Assembly: GCA_014382685.1 (NCBI GenBank)
Contig: JACNJG010000051.1
Span: forward strand, 1 to 36,304
Direction: 5' to 3'
Source: Candidatus Cloacimonadota bacterium
Lineage (GTDB): Bacteria > Cloacimonadota > Cloacimonadia > JGIOTU-2
DNA: 36,304 nucleotides
This document shows, one piece after another, positions 1-10,200 of this stretch. The notes beneath the pieces are model-generated. The model was not told where the DNA came from. It saw only the letters and a list, made by a program, of their open reading frames with translations, and did not search any database. The first letter of the stretch is position 1. Every line of letters starts with the position of its first letter. The position numbers were made by a program, and so were the translations under genes.

Positions 1-147
1 GAGACGAAAAAATTAAGCGGAGCGTGGCGTAGTCGGATGGTTAAAAGTATTTATTCTAAAGAATCAAAACATTGGTTGAGAATAATTTCAAAAGCAATTC
101 CACAATTAAAAGATGAAGCAAAAAATGCTTTAACATTTATGTTTTGA
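1..147 (+). CDS. 3' fragment of an unidentified CDS, truncated by the window edge
   Basis: Frame 1 is open from base 1 to TGA at 145-147 (...AWRSRMVKSIYSKESKHWLRIISKAIPQLKDEAKNALTFMF*). A hairpin follows 18 nt later. No recognisable motif; too short for the ORF track. Confidence 0.25.
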   Translation, partial: ETKKLSGAWRSRMVKSIYSKESKHWLRIISKAIPQLKDEAKNALTFMF

Positions 148-165
148 CATTTTTTTTGTAATTAG

Positions 166-189
166 TCCCGACAGGTCGGGAGGATTTTG
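166..189 (+). terminator. Candidate intrinsic terminator hairpin
   Basis: TCCCGA-CAGG-TCGGGA (6-bp stem, 4-nt loop) followed by GGATTTTG. A T8 run precedes it, so it could act in both directions. The U-tract is weak. Confidence 0.4.
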
Positions 190-298
190 AAATTAATAAA
201 AATCTTACTCATCTTTCGAAGAATATTTTGTAAAAGGTTAAATATGATTTTGTTAAGTAATATCCACTTCTGCGAAACCTCAGTAATATAACTGTATC

Positions 299-838
299 GT
301 GCATATTATATCAGGCACACATAAGGGTCGCAAGCTCGAAATTCCAAAGAGTGCTGTTCGACCAACTATGGACAAGGTTCGGGAGGCAATTTTTGCGATG
401 ATCCGAAGTGAAGTGATGAATGCAAAAGTACTCGATCTCTTTGCCGGTAGTGGCAGTCTTGGATTGGAAGCACTCAGCGAAGGCGCAGAACGATGCGATT
501 TTGTGGAAAATTCATATAAAGTAGTTAAAATTCTTCAAAAAAATATCAGCAAACTAATTTTTAATGAATTTGCTCATATACATAATTGTTCGGCATTCAG
601 CTATCTGAATAATTGTACGAAGACCTACGATATTATCTTTTTTGATCCTCCATATAAAAGAGAATTCGCATGTAAGATCATAAAAGCAATTTATATGAAC
701 AATATTCTTTCTGACGATGGGATAATTGTTGCAGAAACAGGAAAAAGCGAAGATATCTCAAAATTTGAGAAATTTATTATCAAAGAAAAAATTTATGGTG
801 ACACGAAAGTGACAATATTAAAGAAAGGAGCAGCATGA
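299..838 (+). CDS. rsmD: 16S rRNA (guanine966-N2)-methyltransferase RsmD
   Basis: GTG start, with an in-frame TAA at 284-286 upstream. N-terminus MHIISGTHKGRKL...RPTMDKVREAIF is typical of RsmD. SAM-binding motif LDLFAGSGSLGLEALS and catalytic DPPY motif (IIFFDPPY). Confidence 0.85.
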   Translation: MHIISGTHKGRKLEIPKSAVRPTMDKVREAIFAMIRSEVMNAKVLDLFAGSGSLGLEALSEGAERCDFVENSYKVVKILQKNISKLIFNEFAHIHNCSAFSYLNNCTKTYDIIFFDPPYKREFACKIIKAIYMNNILSDDGIIVAETGKSEDISKFEKFIIKEKIYGDTKVTILKKGAA

Positions 839-2256
839 GTCTGAAATTATATAATACGTTTACTCGTGAAAAAGAAGAATTTACACCCATCAAAAAAGAT
901 GAAGTCGGGCTTTATACTTGCGGACTCACTGTTTATAATTACGCACATATTGGAAACCTTCGCACCTATATTTTTGAGGATATTCTCAAACGAGTGCTCA
1001 TATATGATGGTTACAAAGTCATCCACGTGATGAATATTACTGATATTGGACACCTTACATCCGATGCTGATACCGGCGAAGACAAGATGGTCATGGAAGC
1101 GAAAAAAGAAGGCAAGGATGTTTGGGAAATTGCTGAACATTATACAAAGGCATTTGAAAAGGATCTCAAGCAGCTCAATATTATACCGCCAGATCATCAT
1201 GTCAAAGCTACTGCGCACATACAACAGATGATTGATCTCATCAAAAGATTGGAAGAAAAGGGCTTCACATATATTGCAGATGGCAATGTATATTTTGATA
1301 TTTCGAAATTCAAAGATTACGGAAAACTTGCCCGGCTAGATGTCAAAAGTCTAAAACCAGGTGCGCGCATTGAGGTTGATTCTGCAAAAAAGAATCCTCT
1401 TGATTTTGTACTCTGGTTTACGAAATCCAAATTCGATGCTCAGGAAATGAAATGGGATAGCCCGTGGGGTAGAGGATATCCGGGCTGGCATATTGAGTGC
1501 TCGGCAATTTCCATGTGCCATCTTGGAGAGACATTTGATATTCATTGCGGTGGCATCGATCATATTCCTGTTCATCATACCAATGAGATCGCACAAAGTG
1601 AAGCAGCGACCGGGAAAAAAAGTGTCAATTACTGGCTTCATGCGGAATTTCTCATTATGAATGAAGAGAAGATGAGCAAATCCAAAGGTGATTTTCTAAC
1701 CTTGACTAAACTCGAAGAGATGGGATATCCACCGATGGTATATAGATATTTCTGCCTTGGTGCGCATTACAAGCAGCCCTTGACTTTCAGCGATGAAGCA
1801 ATCGAAACTGCAAAATCTGCATATAATCGTTTGGTAAATATTATTATTGAGATAAAGAAAAATCGAGATGAAAGCAAATCAAATTCAGAATATATTGAGA
1901 AGGTTACGCAGGAATTCCAAGAGAAAATCAATAACGACCTGAACATGCCGGAAGCTCTTGCGGTGATGTGGCAAATGCTCCGCTCGAATGAGATAGGGAA
2001 TAAGGAAAAATATGAGCTTGTGCTCGATTTTGATAGGATTTTTGGTTTGCAGCTTGATAAAGCAGAGCAGATTCTTGAGGAAGAGGCGAAGCAGAAGGTT
2101 GATGTAAAACTTGTGGAACAGCTTATCAAGGAGCGAGACGAAGCCCGGAAGAGTAAAAATTGGGCTAAATCTGATGAAATAAGAGACAGATTGAGTGAAA
2201 TGGGAGTAGAGATTCGTGATAGTGCAAATGAAACATTTTGGCGTATGAAATCGTAA
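835..2256 (+). CDS. cysS: Cysteine--tRNA ligase
   Basis: Class I motifs HIGN (YAHIGNLRTY) and KMSKS (EEKMSKSKGDF), the Zn/Cys-binding region GWHIECS, and a normal length of 473 aa. ATGA overlap with the rsmD stop. Confidence 0.97.
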   Translation: MSLKLYNTFTREKEEFTPIKKDEVGLYTCGLTVYNYAHIGNLRTYIFEDILKRVLIYDGYKVIHVMNITDIGHLTSDADTGEDKMVMEAKKEGKDVWEIAEHYTKAFEKDLKQLNIIPPDHHVKATAHIQQMIDLIKRLEEKGFTYIADGNVYFDISKFKDYGKLARLDVKSLKPGARIEVDSAKKNPLDFVLWFTKSKFDAQEMKWDSPWGRGYPGWHIECSAISMCHLGETFDIHCGGIDHIPVHHTNEIAQSEAATGKKSVNYWLHAEFLIMNEEKMSKSKGDFLTLTKLEEMGYPPMVYRYFCLGAHYKQPLTFSDEAIETAKSAYNRLVNIIIEIKKNRDESKSNSEYIEKVTQEFQEKINNDLNMPEALAVMWQMLRSNEIGNKEKYELVLDFDRIFGLQLDKAEQILEEEAKQKVDVKLVEQLIKERDEARKSKNWAKSDEIRDRLSEMGVEIRDSANETFWRMKS

Positions 2257-2296
2257 AATAATTTTTTCATTTATGAGATTTTTACTAAGTTATTTA

Positions 2297-2320
2297 ATTC
2301 ATATAAAATTCATATAAAAT
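2297..2320. repeat. Tandem 11-nt repeat ATTCATATAAA, 2.2 copies
   Basis: Read directly: ATTCATATAAA at 2297-2307 and 2308-2318, then AT. Lies in the cysS-tRNA intergenic region about 12 nt upstream of a TTGACA hexamer (2332-2337). Confidence 0.6.
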
Positions 2321-2375
2321 GTATAAAAAATTTGACAGTATTTTCGTCATTTCGGCAATCTGTATTTTCTAACTA

Positions 2376-2392
2376 TATAAGTGGTATAAGTG
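2376..2392 (+). promoter_or_regulatory. Duplicated TATAAGTG octamer; possible -10 elements for the tRNA-tuf transcript
   Basis: TATAAGTG at 2376-2383 and 2385-2392, 17-33 nt upstream of tRNA-Thr. Each contains a TATAAG -10-like hexamer. No convincing -35 lies at 17 nt spacing. Confidence 0.25.
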
Positions 2393-2408
2393 TGTTTTAA
2401 ATATAGTA

Positions 2409-2483
2409 GCCACCATAGCTCAGGGGTAGAGCAGGGGTTTTGTAAACCTCTGGTCGGGGGTTCAAATCCCTCTGGTGGCTCCA
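2409..2483 (+). tRNA. tRNA-Thr (anticodon TGT)
   Basis: Hand-folded cloverleaf. Acceptor GCCACCA/TGGTGGC, anticodon loop TTTGTAA, T-loop TTCAAAT, encoded CCA. 75 nt. Confidence 0.93.
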
Positions 2484-2497
2484 GAATTATTTTAAAT

Positions 2498-2582
2498 GGG
2501 GAGATACCCTAGTGGTCAAAGGGAGCAGACTGTAAATCTGCCGGCGAAGCCTTCGGAGGTTCAAATCCTTCTCTCCCCACCA
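2498..2582 (+). tRNA. tRNA-Tyr (anticodon GTA)
   Basis: Acceptor GGGGAGA/TCTCCCC, anticodon stem-loop GCAGA-CTGTAAA-TCTGC, long variable arm, T-loop TTCAAAT, encoded CCA. 85 nt. Confidence 0.93.
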
Positions 2583-2588
2583 TAATTT

Positions 2589-2665
2589 GCGGGAATAGCT
2601 CAGCTGGCTAGAGCATTAGCCTTCCAAGCTAAGGGTCGCGGGTTCGAACCCCGTTTCCCGCTCCA
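2589..2665 (+). tRNA. tRNA-Gly (anticodon TCC)
   Basis: Acceptor GCGGGAA/TTCCCGC, anticodon stem-loop TTAGC-CTTCCAA-GCTAA, T-loop TTCGAAC, encoded CCA. 77 nt. Confidence 0.93.
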
Positions 2666-2666
2666 C

Positions 2667-2742
2667 GCTCATGTAGCTCAGTCGGTAGAGCACATCCTTG
2701 GTAAGGATGAGGTCACCGGTTCAATCCCGGTCATGAGCTCCA
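2667..2742 (+). tRNA. tRNA-Thr (anticodon GGT)
   Basis: Acceptor GCTCATG/CATGAGC, anticodon stem-loop CATCC-TTGGTAA-GGATG, T-loop TTCAATC, encoded CCA. 76 nt. Starts 1 nt after the CCA of tRNA-Gly. Confidence 0.93.
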
Positions 2743-2769
2743 AAGAAATGTATAATAACAGGAGGATAC

Positions 2770-3960
2770 ATGGCAAAGGAAACTTATAAGAGAACAAAAC
2801 CGCATGTTAATGTTGGTACCATCGGTCATATCGACCACGGTAAGACCACATTAACCGCTGCAATGACACTTGTTCTTTCTAAAAAAGGGCAGGCAAAATA
2901 TGTCTCTTTCGATCAAATCGATAATGCCCCGGAAGAGAAAGAACGTGGTATCACTATTGCAACTGCTCACGTTGAGTATGAGAGTGATAAACGACACTAT
3001 GCGCACGTAGATTGTCCCGGTCATGCTGACTATATTAAGAACATGATCACAGGTGCTGCACAGATGGATGGCACGATTTTGGTCGTGAGTGCCGCAGATG
3101 GCGTCATGCCACAGACAAGAGAACATATTCTTCTTGCAAAGCAAGTGAATGTACCTTATGTTGTGGTATTCTTGAACAAGACCGATATGGTCGATGATCC
3201 AGAACTCATTGAGCTGGTAGAACTTGAAGTTCGTGACCTTCTCAATTATTATGAATTCCCAGGCGACGATGTTCCGATCGTACCCGGAAGTGCTCTCGAA
3301 GCATTGAATAACCCTGATGATCCTGAAAAAACAAAATGTATTAATGACCTTATTGATGCAATTGATGAGTACATTCCGGTTCCTGATAGAAAGACAGATA
3401 TGCCTTTCTTAATGCCTATTGAAGACATCTTTAGTATTCCCGGACGTGGAACAGTGGCTACAGGAAGAATCGAGCGTGGTGTTGTTAAAGTTGGAGACAA
3501 AGTCGAACGTGTTGGTATTAGAGAAACCCGTGAAATCGTTGTAACCGGTGTCGAAATGTTCAGAAAACTTCTGGATCGTGGCGAAGCCGGTGATAACGTT
3601 GGAGTGTTGCTTCGTGGTATTGAGAAAGACGATGTTGAACGTGGTATGGTCCTGGCAAAACCGGGCAGTATTACACCTCACAAGAAATTCAGAGGCGAAA
3701 CCTATATTCTTACAAAAGATGAAGGTGGAAGACATAAACCTTTCTTCTCTGGTTACAGACCTCAGTTCTATTTCAGAACTACTGACGTGACCGGAACCTT
3801 AATACTTCCTGAAGGAACAGATATGGTTATGCCCGGTGATAGAGTAATTATGGAAATTGAACTTCTTACTCCTATCGCTATGGAAAAAGGACTTCGTTTC
3901 GCAATTCGTGAAGGTGGACATACAGTCGGTGCTGGAGTTGTAACGGAGATAATAGAATAA
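2770..3960 (+). CDS. tuf: Elongation factor Tu
   Basis: G1 [10 protein letters not shown]3 DCPGH, G4 NKTD; full-length 396 aa with the typical [21 protein letters not shown]-terminus. AGGAGGA ribosome-binding site upstream. Confidence 0.99.
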   Translation: MAKETYKRTKPHVNVGTIGHIDHGKTTLTAAMTLVLSKKGQAKYVSFDQIDNAPEEKERGITIATAHVEYESDKRHYAHVDCPGHADYIKNMITGAAQMDGTILVVSAADGVMPQTREHILLAKQVNVPYVVVFLNKTDMVDDPELIELVELEVRDLLNYYEFPGDDVPIVPGSALEALNNPDDPEKTKCINDLIDAIDEYIPVPDRKTDMPFLMPIEDIFSIPGRGTVATGRIERGVVKVGDKVERVGIRETREIVVTGVEMFRKLLDRGEAGDNVGVLLRGIEKDDVERGMVLAKPGSITPHKKFRGETYILTKDEGGRHKPFFSGYRPQFYFRTTDVTGTLILPEGTDMVMPGDRVIMEIELLTPIAMEKGLRFAIREGGHTVGAGVVTEIIE

Positions 3961-3970
3961 GGACAATATA

Positions 3971-4120
3971 ATGAGAATTTATATTAAATTTTCCTGTTCT
4001 GAATGCAAGTCACGTAATTATGTGACAACGAAGAACAAGCAAACTCATCCAAATAAATTGGAGTTTAAGAAGTATTGTCCAAAATGTAGAAAGCATACAC
4101 TTCACAAAGAAATCAAATAA
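3971..4120 (+). CDS. rpmG: 50S ribosomal protein L33 (Zn-ribbon form)
   Basis: Not in the ORF track (49 aa). Hand translation: [49 protein letters not shown]. Classic L33 signature with a CxxC...CxxC pair. Canonical position between tuf and secE. Confidence 0.92.
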   Translation: MRIYIKFSCSECKSRNYVTTKNKQTHPNKLEFKKYCPKCRKHTLHKEIK

Positions 4121-4130
4121 TTCTATGTGT

Positions 4131-4206
4131 AGGGCTGTAGCTTAATTGGCAAAGCGGCGGTCTCCAAAACCGAAGAGTGCGGGTTCAATTCCTGCCAGCC
4201 CTGCCA
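4131..4206 (+). tRNA. tRNA-Trp (anticodon CCA)
   Basis: Acceptor AGGGCTG/CAGCCCT, anticodon loop CTCCAAA, T-loop TTCAATT, encoded CCA. 76 nt. Confidence 0.92.
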
Positions 4207-4227
4207 TTATTTTCTGGAAAGAAATTT

Positions 4228-4416
4228 ATGTTTAAAAAAATAGCAAAATTCTTAAAAGAAGTTCGCCAGGAACTACTTAATGTAGTCTGGCCAACAAAAG
4301 CAGACCTCAAAGAAGGTACTACTGTGGTTATTGCTTTCTCTGTGATTCTGGGTATCTTTATATGGATTGTTGATATTATTTTCACTCAAGTTGTGAATTT
4401 GGTTTTATTTAGATAA
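4228..4416 (+). CDS. secE: Preprotein translocase subunit SecE
   Basis: Track ORF 4177-4416 trimmed to the ATG at 4228, because the first 17 codons overlap tRNA-Trp. The 62-aa product MFKKIAKFLKEVRQELLNVVWPT... has a single C-terminal TM helix. Position before nusG. Confidence 0.88.
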   Translation: MFKKIAKFLKEVRQELLNVVWPTKADLKEGTTVVIAFSVILGIFIWIVDIIFTQVVNLVLFR

Positions 4417-4946
4417 TGGATAAAAAGTGGTACGTGCTCCACACTTATGTGGGCAAGGAGAAAAAAGTTAAAGAAGCAATTGAAAAGTTTCTTGAAGAAA
4501 GTGATCTTAAAGAACACTTTGGTGAGATCATAATACCTTCTCACAAGACCTTTATTATCAGAGATGGTAAAAAGATCGTTAAGGAGAAGAATATCTTTCC
4601 AAATTATATTCTTATTGAAATGAATATGATTCCTGCAACCTTTCAGTTTGTGCTTCGATTACCTGCCACAACAAAATTTTTGGGCAGCGATAAAACTCCG
4701 AAACCATTATCTGAAAAAGAAGTAAATAGAATTCTCGGAGTGAAGAAAGATAAAGACTCTGTATCCAGCGAAATGAAATTCCTCGTTGGTGATCGCATAA
4801 AGATCATTGACGGACCCTTTGATGATTTTGATGGTGCAATAGAGAGAATTATTGGAGACAAGGAAAAACTTGTTGTGAATGTGACCGTTTTTGGTCGTAT
4901 CACACCGGTCGAGGTCGGTTTCAGTCAAGTAGAAAAACTCGATTAA
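4416..4946 (+). CDS. nusG: Transcription termination/antitermination factor NusG
   Basis: N-terminus [15 protein letters not shown] (NGN domain), C-terminal KOW segment ([22 protein letters not shown]). TAATG overlap with secE. Confidence 0.95.
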   Translation: MDKKWYVLHTYVGKEKKVKEAIEKFLEESDLKEHFGEIIIPSHKTFIIRDGKKIVKEKNIFPNYILIEMNMIPATFQFVLRLPATTKFLGSDKTPKPLSEKEVNRILGVKKDKDSVSSEMKFLVGDRIKIIDGPFDDFDGAIERIIGDKEKLVVNVTVFGRITPVEVGFSQVEKLD

Positions 4947-4960
4947 AGGTTACTAATACT

Positions 4961-5386
4961 ATGGAAAAAAAAGTTTTAGCAAAAATTAAGATACAATTGG
5001 CTGCAGGCCAGGCGACTCCTGCTCCTCCGGTTGGTCCAGCTTTGGGACAGCACGGAGTGAATATTGGAGAGTTCTGTAAGCAATTCAATGATAAGACAAA
5101 AGATCAACCGGGAATGATCATTCCTGCAGAGATCACTGTCTGGGCTGATAGAACATTCAGCTTTATTACAAAAACACCACCCGCAGCAGTTCTGATAAAA
5201 AAGGAAGCTGGCTTGGCAAAAGGTTCCGGTGTACCCAATAGAGAAAAGATCGGTTCGATTACAGACGAACAGGTCGAAAAGATCGCAAAGATCAAAATGG
5301 AAGATCTGAATGCTGCTGACATTGAAGCTGCAAAAAAAATGGTTGCAGGTACTGCCCGTAGCATGGGTGTCACCATTCAGCAATAA
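4961..5386 (+). CDS. rplK: 50S ribosomal protein L11
   Basis: [26 protein letters not shown] signature; 141 aa. Confidence 0.98.
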   Translation: MEKKVLAKIKIQLAAGQATPAPPVGPALGQHGVNIGEFCKQFNDKTKDQPGMIIPAEITVWADRTFSFITKTPPAAVLIKKEAGLAKGSGVPNREKIGSITDEQVEKIAKIKMEDLNAADIEAAKKMVAGTARSMGVTIQQ

Positions 5387-5408
5387 GTGAAATAGAGGAG
5401 CATACTTC

Positions 5409-6116
5409 ATGAAAAGAGGTAAGAAATATAATCAGGGTTTGGAGAAGCTTGAAGCAGAAAAAGCATATGGATTTGATGAATCTCTGAATCTGCTTAAAGA
5501 AATTGCAAATAAAAATTTCGACGAAACCGTTGAGCTTCACTTTCGCTTAGGTGTTGATCCCAAAAAGGCAAACCAGATGGTTCGTGGAACAGTGGTGCTT
5601 CCTAATGGAACCGGTAAAGATGTGAAAGTTCTTGTCTTTGCAGAAGGTGATAAAGTTGATGAAGCAAAAAACGCTGGTGCTGACTATGTTGGTATGGATG
5701 ATCTTGCAGAAAAGATTCAGGGCGGCTGGACAGATTTTGATGTTGCAATTGCATCTCCCAATATGATGGGTAAGGTTGGTAAACTGGCTCGTATTCTTGG
5801 TCCCAGAAGGTTAATGCCCAATCCCAAAGCAGGTACTATTACCAATGACATTGAGAAGGCAGTTAAAGAAGCAAAAGCTGGTAAAGTCGAATATCGAATT
5901 GATAAGTTTTCAAACATTCATGTTCCCCTTGGGAAAGTATCATTTGAGAATGAAAAACTTGCAGAAAATGCAGAGGCATTAATGCGTGCAATACTTCGAG
6001 ACAGACCGGCATCAGCCAAAGGTCAATATGTAAAAAATATTACCATATGCTCAACTATGAGCCCGGGTATTAAGATAGATTCAGTCGGCTACATTAAAGA
6101 AATTCAAGCGAAATAA
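5409..6116 (+). CDS. rplA: 50S ribosomal protein L1
   Basis: [34 protein letters not shown] signature; 235 aa. Confidence 0.98.
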   Translation: MKRGKKYNQGLEKLEAEKAYGFDESLNLLKEIANKNFDETVELHFRLGVDPKKANQMVRGTVVLPNGTGKDVKVLVFAEGDKVDEAKNAGADYVGMDDLAEKIQGGWTDFDVAIASPNMMGKVGKLARILGPRRLMPNPKAGTITNDIEKAVKEAKAGKVEYRIDKFSNIHVPLGKVSFENEKLAENAEALMRAILRDRPASAKGQYVKNITICSTMSPGIKIDSVGYIKEIQAK

Positions 6117-6128
6117 ATAGGATATTAT

Positions 6129-6671
6129 ATGGAACAGAAAGCTGTAAATCCAAGAAATATAGAAAATGTTCAAAAGTTAAAAGAACGTTTGGATGAAGCA
6201 AAAGCAATAGTGCTTGTTGATTATAAAGGGATATCTGTTCAGGAAGATACAGATCTGAGAAACAAATTTAGAGATAATAAAGTTGATTACTTTGTTGCAA
6301 AAAATACACTGTTAAAATTAGCTGTAAAAGATTTATCAATTGAAGGTCTTGATGAATATCTTGTCGGACCCACCGCTATCGCAGTATCAAAGGAAGATGA
6401 AGTCACTCCTCCGAAATTAATTTCGGATTTTATGAAGAGTCTTCCTGATGAAAAAGATTTTTTCAAATTCAAAGTTGGGATAATTGATAATCAGCTTATG
6501 GATGTTCAGGAACTCGAAAGAGTAGTAAATCTGCCATCCAAACAGGAATTGCTTGCACAAGTTGTCAGAAGTTTCAATTCACCTATCTCTGGATTGGTAT
6601 ATACCCTTAACAGTATTTTGCAGAAGTTGGTTCTTGTGCTCAATGAGATCAAGAACAAACAGCAATCATAA
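6129..6671 (+). CDS. rplJ: 50S ribosomal protein L10
   Basis: Position between rplA and rplL; VLVDYKGISVQEDTDLRNKFR and VAKNTLLKLA motifs; 180 aa. Confidence 0.93.
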   Translation: MEQKAVNPRNIENVQKLKERLDEAKAIVLVDYKGISVQEDTDLRNKFRDNKVDYFVAKNTLLKLAVKDLSIEGLDEYLVGPTAIAVSKEDEVTPPKLISDFMKSLPDEKDFFKFKVGIIDNQLMDVQELERVVNLPSKQELLAQVVRSFNSPISGLVYTLNSILQKLVLVLNEIKNKQQS

Positions 6672-6749
6672 ACGTATTTAACTGCATTTGAATATTAGCC
6701 GTAATATAATAAATAAAAATAATAATATGCTTAATTATAGGAGGATATA

Positions 6750-7133
6750 ATGGCAGAAGGCAGCAAAAAAGATAAGATCATTGAGCTCGTAAAAGAACTC
6801 AACGTAATGGAATTAGCTGATTTAGTGAAAGCTTTAGAAGAAGAATTTGGTGTATCAGCTGCTGCACCGGTAGTTGCTGTTGCAGGTCCTGCAGCAGGCG
6901 AAGCCGCAAAAGAAGAAGAGAAAACAGAATTTGACGTGATCTTAACTAATTCCGGAGCAAAGAAGATCCAGGTCATTAAGGTTGTCCGTCAGATTACAAA
7001 ATTAGGATTGAAAGAATCCAAGGCCTTAGTTGATGAAGCACCAAAACCAGTAGCAGAAGGTGTTTCAAAAGATGAAGCGCAGTCAATTAAAGAGAAGATC
7101 GAAGCTGAAGGTGGCTCTGTAGAAATTAAGTAG
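6750..7133 (+). CDS. rplL: 50S ribosomal protein L7/L12
   Basis: N-terminal dimerisation helix, Ala/Pro-rich hinge ([22 protein letters not shown]), C-terminal [24 protein letters not shown]. Confidence 0.98.
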   Translation: MAEGSKKDKIIELVKELNVMELADLVKALEEEFGVSAAAPVVAVAGPAAGEAAKEEEKTEFDVILTNSGAKKIQVIKVVRQITKLGLKESKALVDEAPKPVAEGVSKDEAQSIKEKIEAEGGSVEIK

Positions 7134-7224
7134 ATAATGACGTGTTCTATAACACATTTCATTCAAATACTAATAGACTCTTCATTCACACGAGTGAAGA
7201 TGTCTTTGGCTAAATAAGGAGCAC

Positions 7225-10200
7225 ATGAAGGAAAGAAAGAGTTTTTCCAAAATGGCTGAATGTCTTCATGGGTTTAAACTTCCTGATGTGGAGATACCCA
7301 ATCTGCTCACTATGCAGAAGGGTTCATATTTCAAGTTTCTGCAAAAGGACATTTTGCCCGAAAAAAGAGAAGATATCGGCTTGCAGGAAGTATTTAATAA
7401 TCATTTCCCTGTAGAGGATACGCAAGGTCAATTCCTGCTGGAGTTCATTCAATATAATGTTCTCAAGGAGAAATATACTCCTGATGAATGTATTGAACGA
7501 AACCTGACTTACAGTTCTCCATTGAAAGTTAAATTCCGTTTAAAGACCTTTGAGAAAACTGTAGAAGGCGAACAGCAGAGAGTTAAAAGCGTAAAAGAAA
7601 AAGACCTTTTCCTCGGTGAGATTCCAATGATCACCGATAGGGGAACCTTCATCATTAATGGTGAGGAACGCGTTATCATCAGTCAGCTACACCGTTCTCC
7701 CGGTATCACTTTTACAAGTGAAACTCATGGAAGCGGCAAATCTCTCTACAACGCAAAGGTAATTCCTGTTCAGGGGTCATGGTTCCAATTTCTTACAGAC
7801 ACTCAAGATGTCATCTATATTCTTATTGATAAACGCCACAAAGTGCCTGTTACCACTATTCTTAGATGTCAGGGGCTTTCCGATAATGATTCAATAAGAA
7901 AAACTTTTTATACTCCTCAAGAGCTTGATCTTACTAAAGAAGAATTTCTTGAGAGGGTTCTTTTTGAAGATATTATTGATAAAAAGAGTGGCGAGGTAAT
8001 TGCTGAAGGTGGTGCGCTTCTTACAGAAGGACTTGCTGATAAGATTTTAAACGCTAAAGTTAAGAAAGTCAAGGTTATCCACGAAAGCCAGGAAGATGAA
8101 AGAAGGATCGTAGAAAGCACTCTTGCAAAAGATCCGACAGCTTCGGAAGAAGAAGCCCTTAAATTCATCTATAATATTATTCGTCCTGGAGATGAACCTC
8201 CCATTGATGCTGCACGTGAACTCATTAATAGGATATTCTTTAATCCTAAGAGATACAGTCTCGGTGAAGTCGGAAGGTATAAACTAAACAGACGCCTTCA
8301 TCTTGAGATCCCAATAGAAACACAAATACTTACAAAGGATGATTTCATCGCAATTATTAATGAAATTATTCGTTTATACAAAGGGATCAGTGCAACTGAT
8401 GATATTGATCATCTCAGTAATCGCCGTGTAAGTGGTGTTGGTGAACTTGTCGCCAATCAGTTTTCAATTGGATTTTCCAGAGTAGCGAGAATTGCACGTG
8501 AAAGAATGACACTAAGTTCCAGCGATGATGCATCAATATTGGGTTTGGTGAATACAAATTCCTTGATGGCTGTCGTGAATTCCTTCTTCCTTACTGGTGA
8601 ACTTTCTCAGTTCATGGAGCAAACAAATCCTCTTGCAGCAATAACTCACATGCGACGTTTGAGTGCATTGGGTCCAGGTGGACTAACGAGAGAACGGGCT
8701 GGTTTTGAAGTACGTGATGTGCACTATTCACATTATGGAAGAATTTGTCCTATTGAAACACCGGAAGGACCGAATATCGGTCTGTTAACTTCACCGGCAA
8801 TCTATACCAGGGTGAACAAATTCGGTTTTTTAGAAACTCCTTATATTAAGGTCGAAAACGGCAAAGTAACCCATCAGGTTGATTATCTCGATCCTACTCA
8901 GGAAGAGAATATGAAAATTGCACAAGCAGGTATAGAAGTTGATAAAAATGGTAAAATCTTACAAAAGCGTGTCTTCTGTCTTTCAGGCGGGGACTTTGTT
9001 CTCGTTCCAAGAGAAGAAGTTGATTACATCGATTCTTCCAGACAGCAGATCGTAAGTGTTTCTGCCGGTCTTATACCTTTCCTTGATCATGATGATGCGA
9101 ACAGAGCGCTGATGGGATCAAATATGCAGCGCCAAGCAGTTCCTCTAATAAAACCAAGACCACCAGTTGTCGCCACTGGAATTGAAAAATTAGTTGCTCA
9201 AGATTCTGAATTGGCAATTAAAGCTCCATTTGATGCTGAAGTAGAAAAAATTTCATCAGATGAGATCGTATTAAAAAGGATTTTCAAAGATGATGAAAAA
9301 GAATTAATTTCAGCGATGGAAGATAAGAGATCTTTTAAACTTAAAAAATTCCAACGAACGAATCAGGAAACCTGTATTAATCAGCACCCTGAAGTTGTGG
9401 TGGGACAGAAAGTCAAAAAAGGTGAACTGATCACAGATGGTCCTGCAATTAAGAATGGTGAGCTTGCTCTTGGTACTAATATGATCGTGGCATTCATGCC
9501 ATGGTATGGCTACAACTATGAAGATGCAATAATCATTAACGAAAAAGTTGCTCGTGAGGATGAGCTTACCTCAATTTATATCGAGGAACTTGAAGTGCTT
9601 GTACGTAGCACTCGGGAAGGTGACGAAGAACTCACTGATGATATTCCCAATGTCCCGAAATTCGCACTGAGAAATCTTGATACGACCGGTGTTGTACGTG
9701 TCGGCTCTCATGTCAAATCCGGCGACATATTAGTTGGTAAGATTACTCCAAAATCATCGAATATTGATTTGTCGCCTGAAGAAAAATTAATGCGAGCATT
9801 ATTTGGAGAACGCGCAGGTGATTTCTCTGACACTTCGTTGAAGGCAAAACCAGGCATGGAAGGCGTCGTAGTTGATGTAAAAGTTTTCTCAAAAGCAGAA
9901 AGTGATGAACTCTCCGAACAAGAAAAAGAAGAGAAGTTATCAAAACTGAAAACCAAATATGATGCAGAAAATAAGAAGATATATAAATTCCTCAAATCTA
10001 AAATGACAAACTTGTTACTTGGCGAAACTGCATATAGAATTACTGAAGTAAAAACCGGTCGTTTCTTTATTCCCCCAAATAAAAAAATAACTGATGAAGA
10101 ACTGAAAAAAATCTCTTATAAGAAATTGAATCTGGAAAACAAGTTTATCACAGATGAAAAGAAGAATGAACAGATCTATGAAGATGTTATCATAGATGTA

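Noticed and set aside
1767-2270. 167-aa minus-strand Ser/Phe-rich ORF
   Set aside because: Antisense to the cysS C-terminal domain. Its composition mirrors the Lys/Glu-rich sense strand.
2246-2270. ATGAAA...TTTCAT pairing at the cysS stop as a terminator
   Set aside because: A 6-bp all-A/T-rich stem with a 13-nt loop. Not credible as an intrinsic terminator.
2332-2337. TTGACA upstream of the tRNA cluster as a -35 box
   Set aside because: The hexamer 17-18 nt downstream (GCAATC/CAATCT) is a poor -10. Kept only as context, not called as a promoter.
4177-4227. N-terminal 17 codons of track ORF 4177-4416 (MRVQFLPALPLFSGKKF)
   Set aside because: They overlap the 3' half of tRNA-Trp (4131-4206). 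SecE starts plausibly at the ATG at 4228.
7179-7208. Hairpin TCTTCA-N10-TGAAGA followed by TGTCTTTGG in the rplL-rpoB gap, a possible attenuator as in E. coli
   Set aside because: Only 6 AT-rich base pairs with a 10-nt loop and a broken T-tract. Too weak to call from sequence alone.
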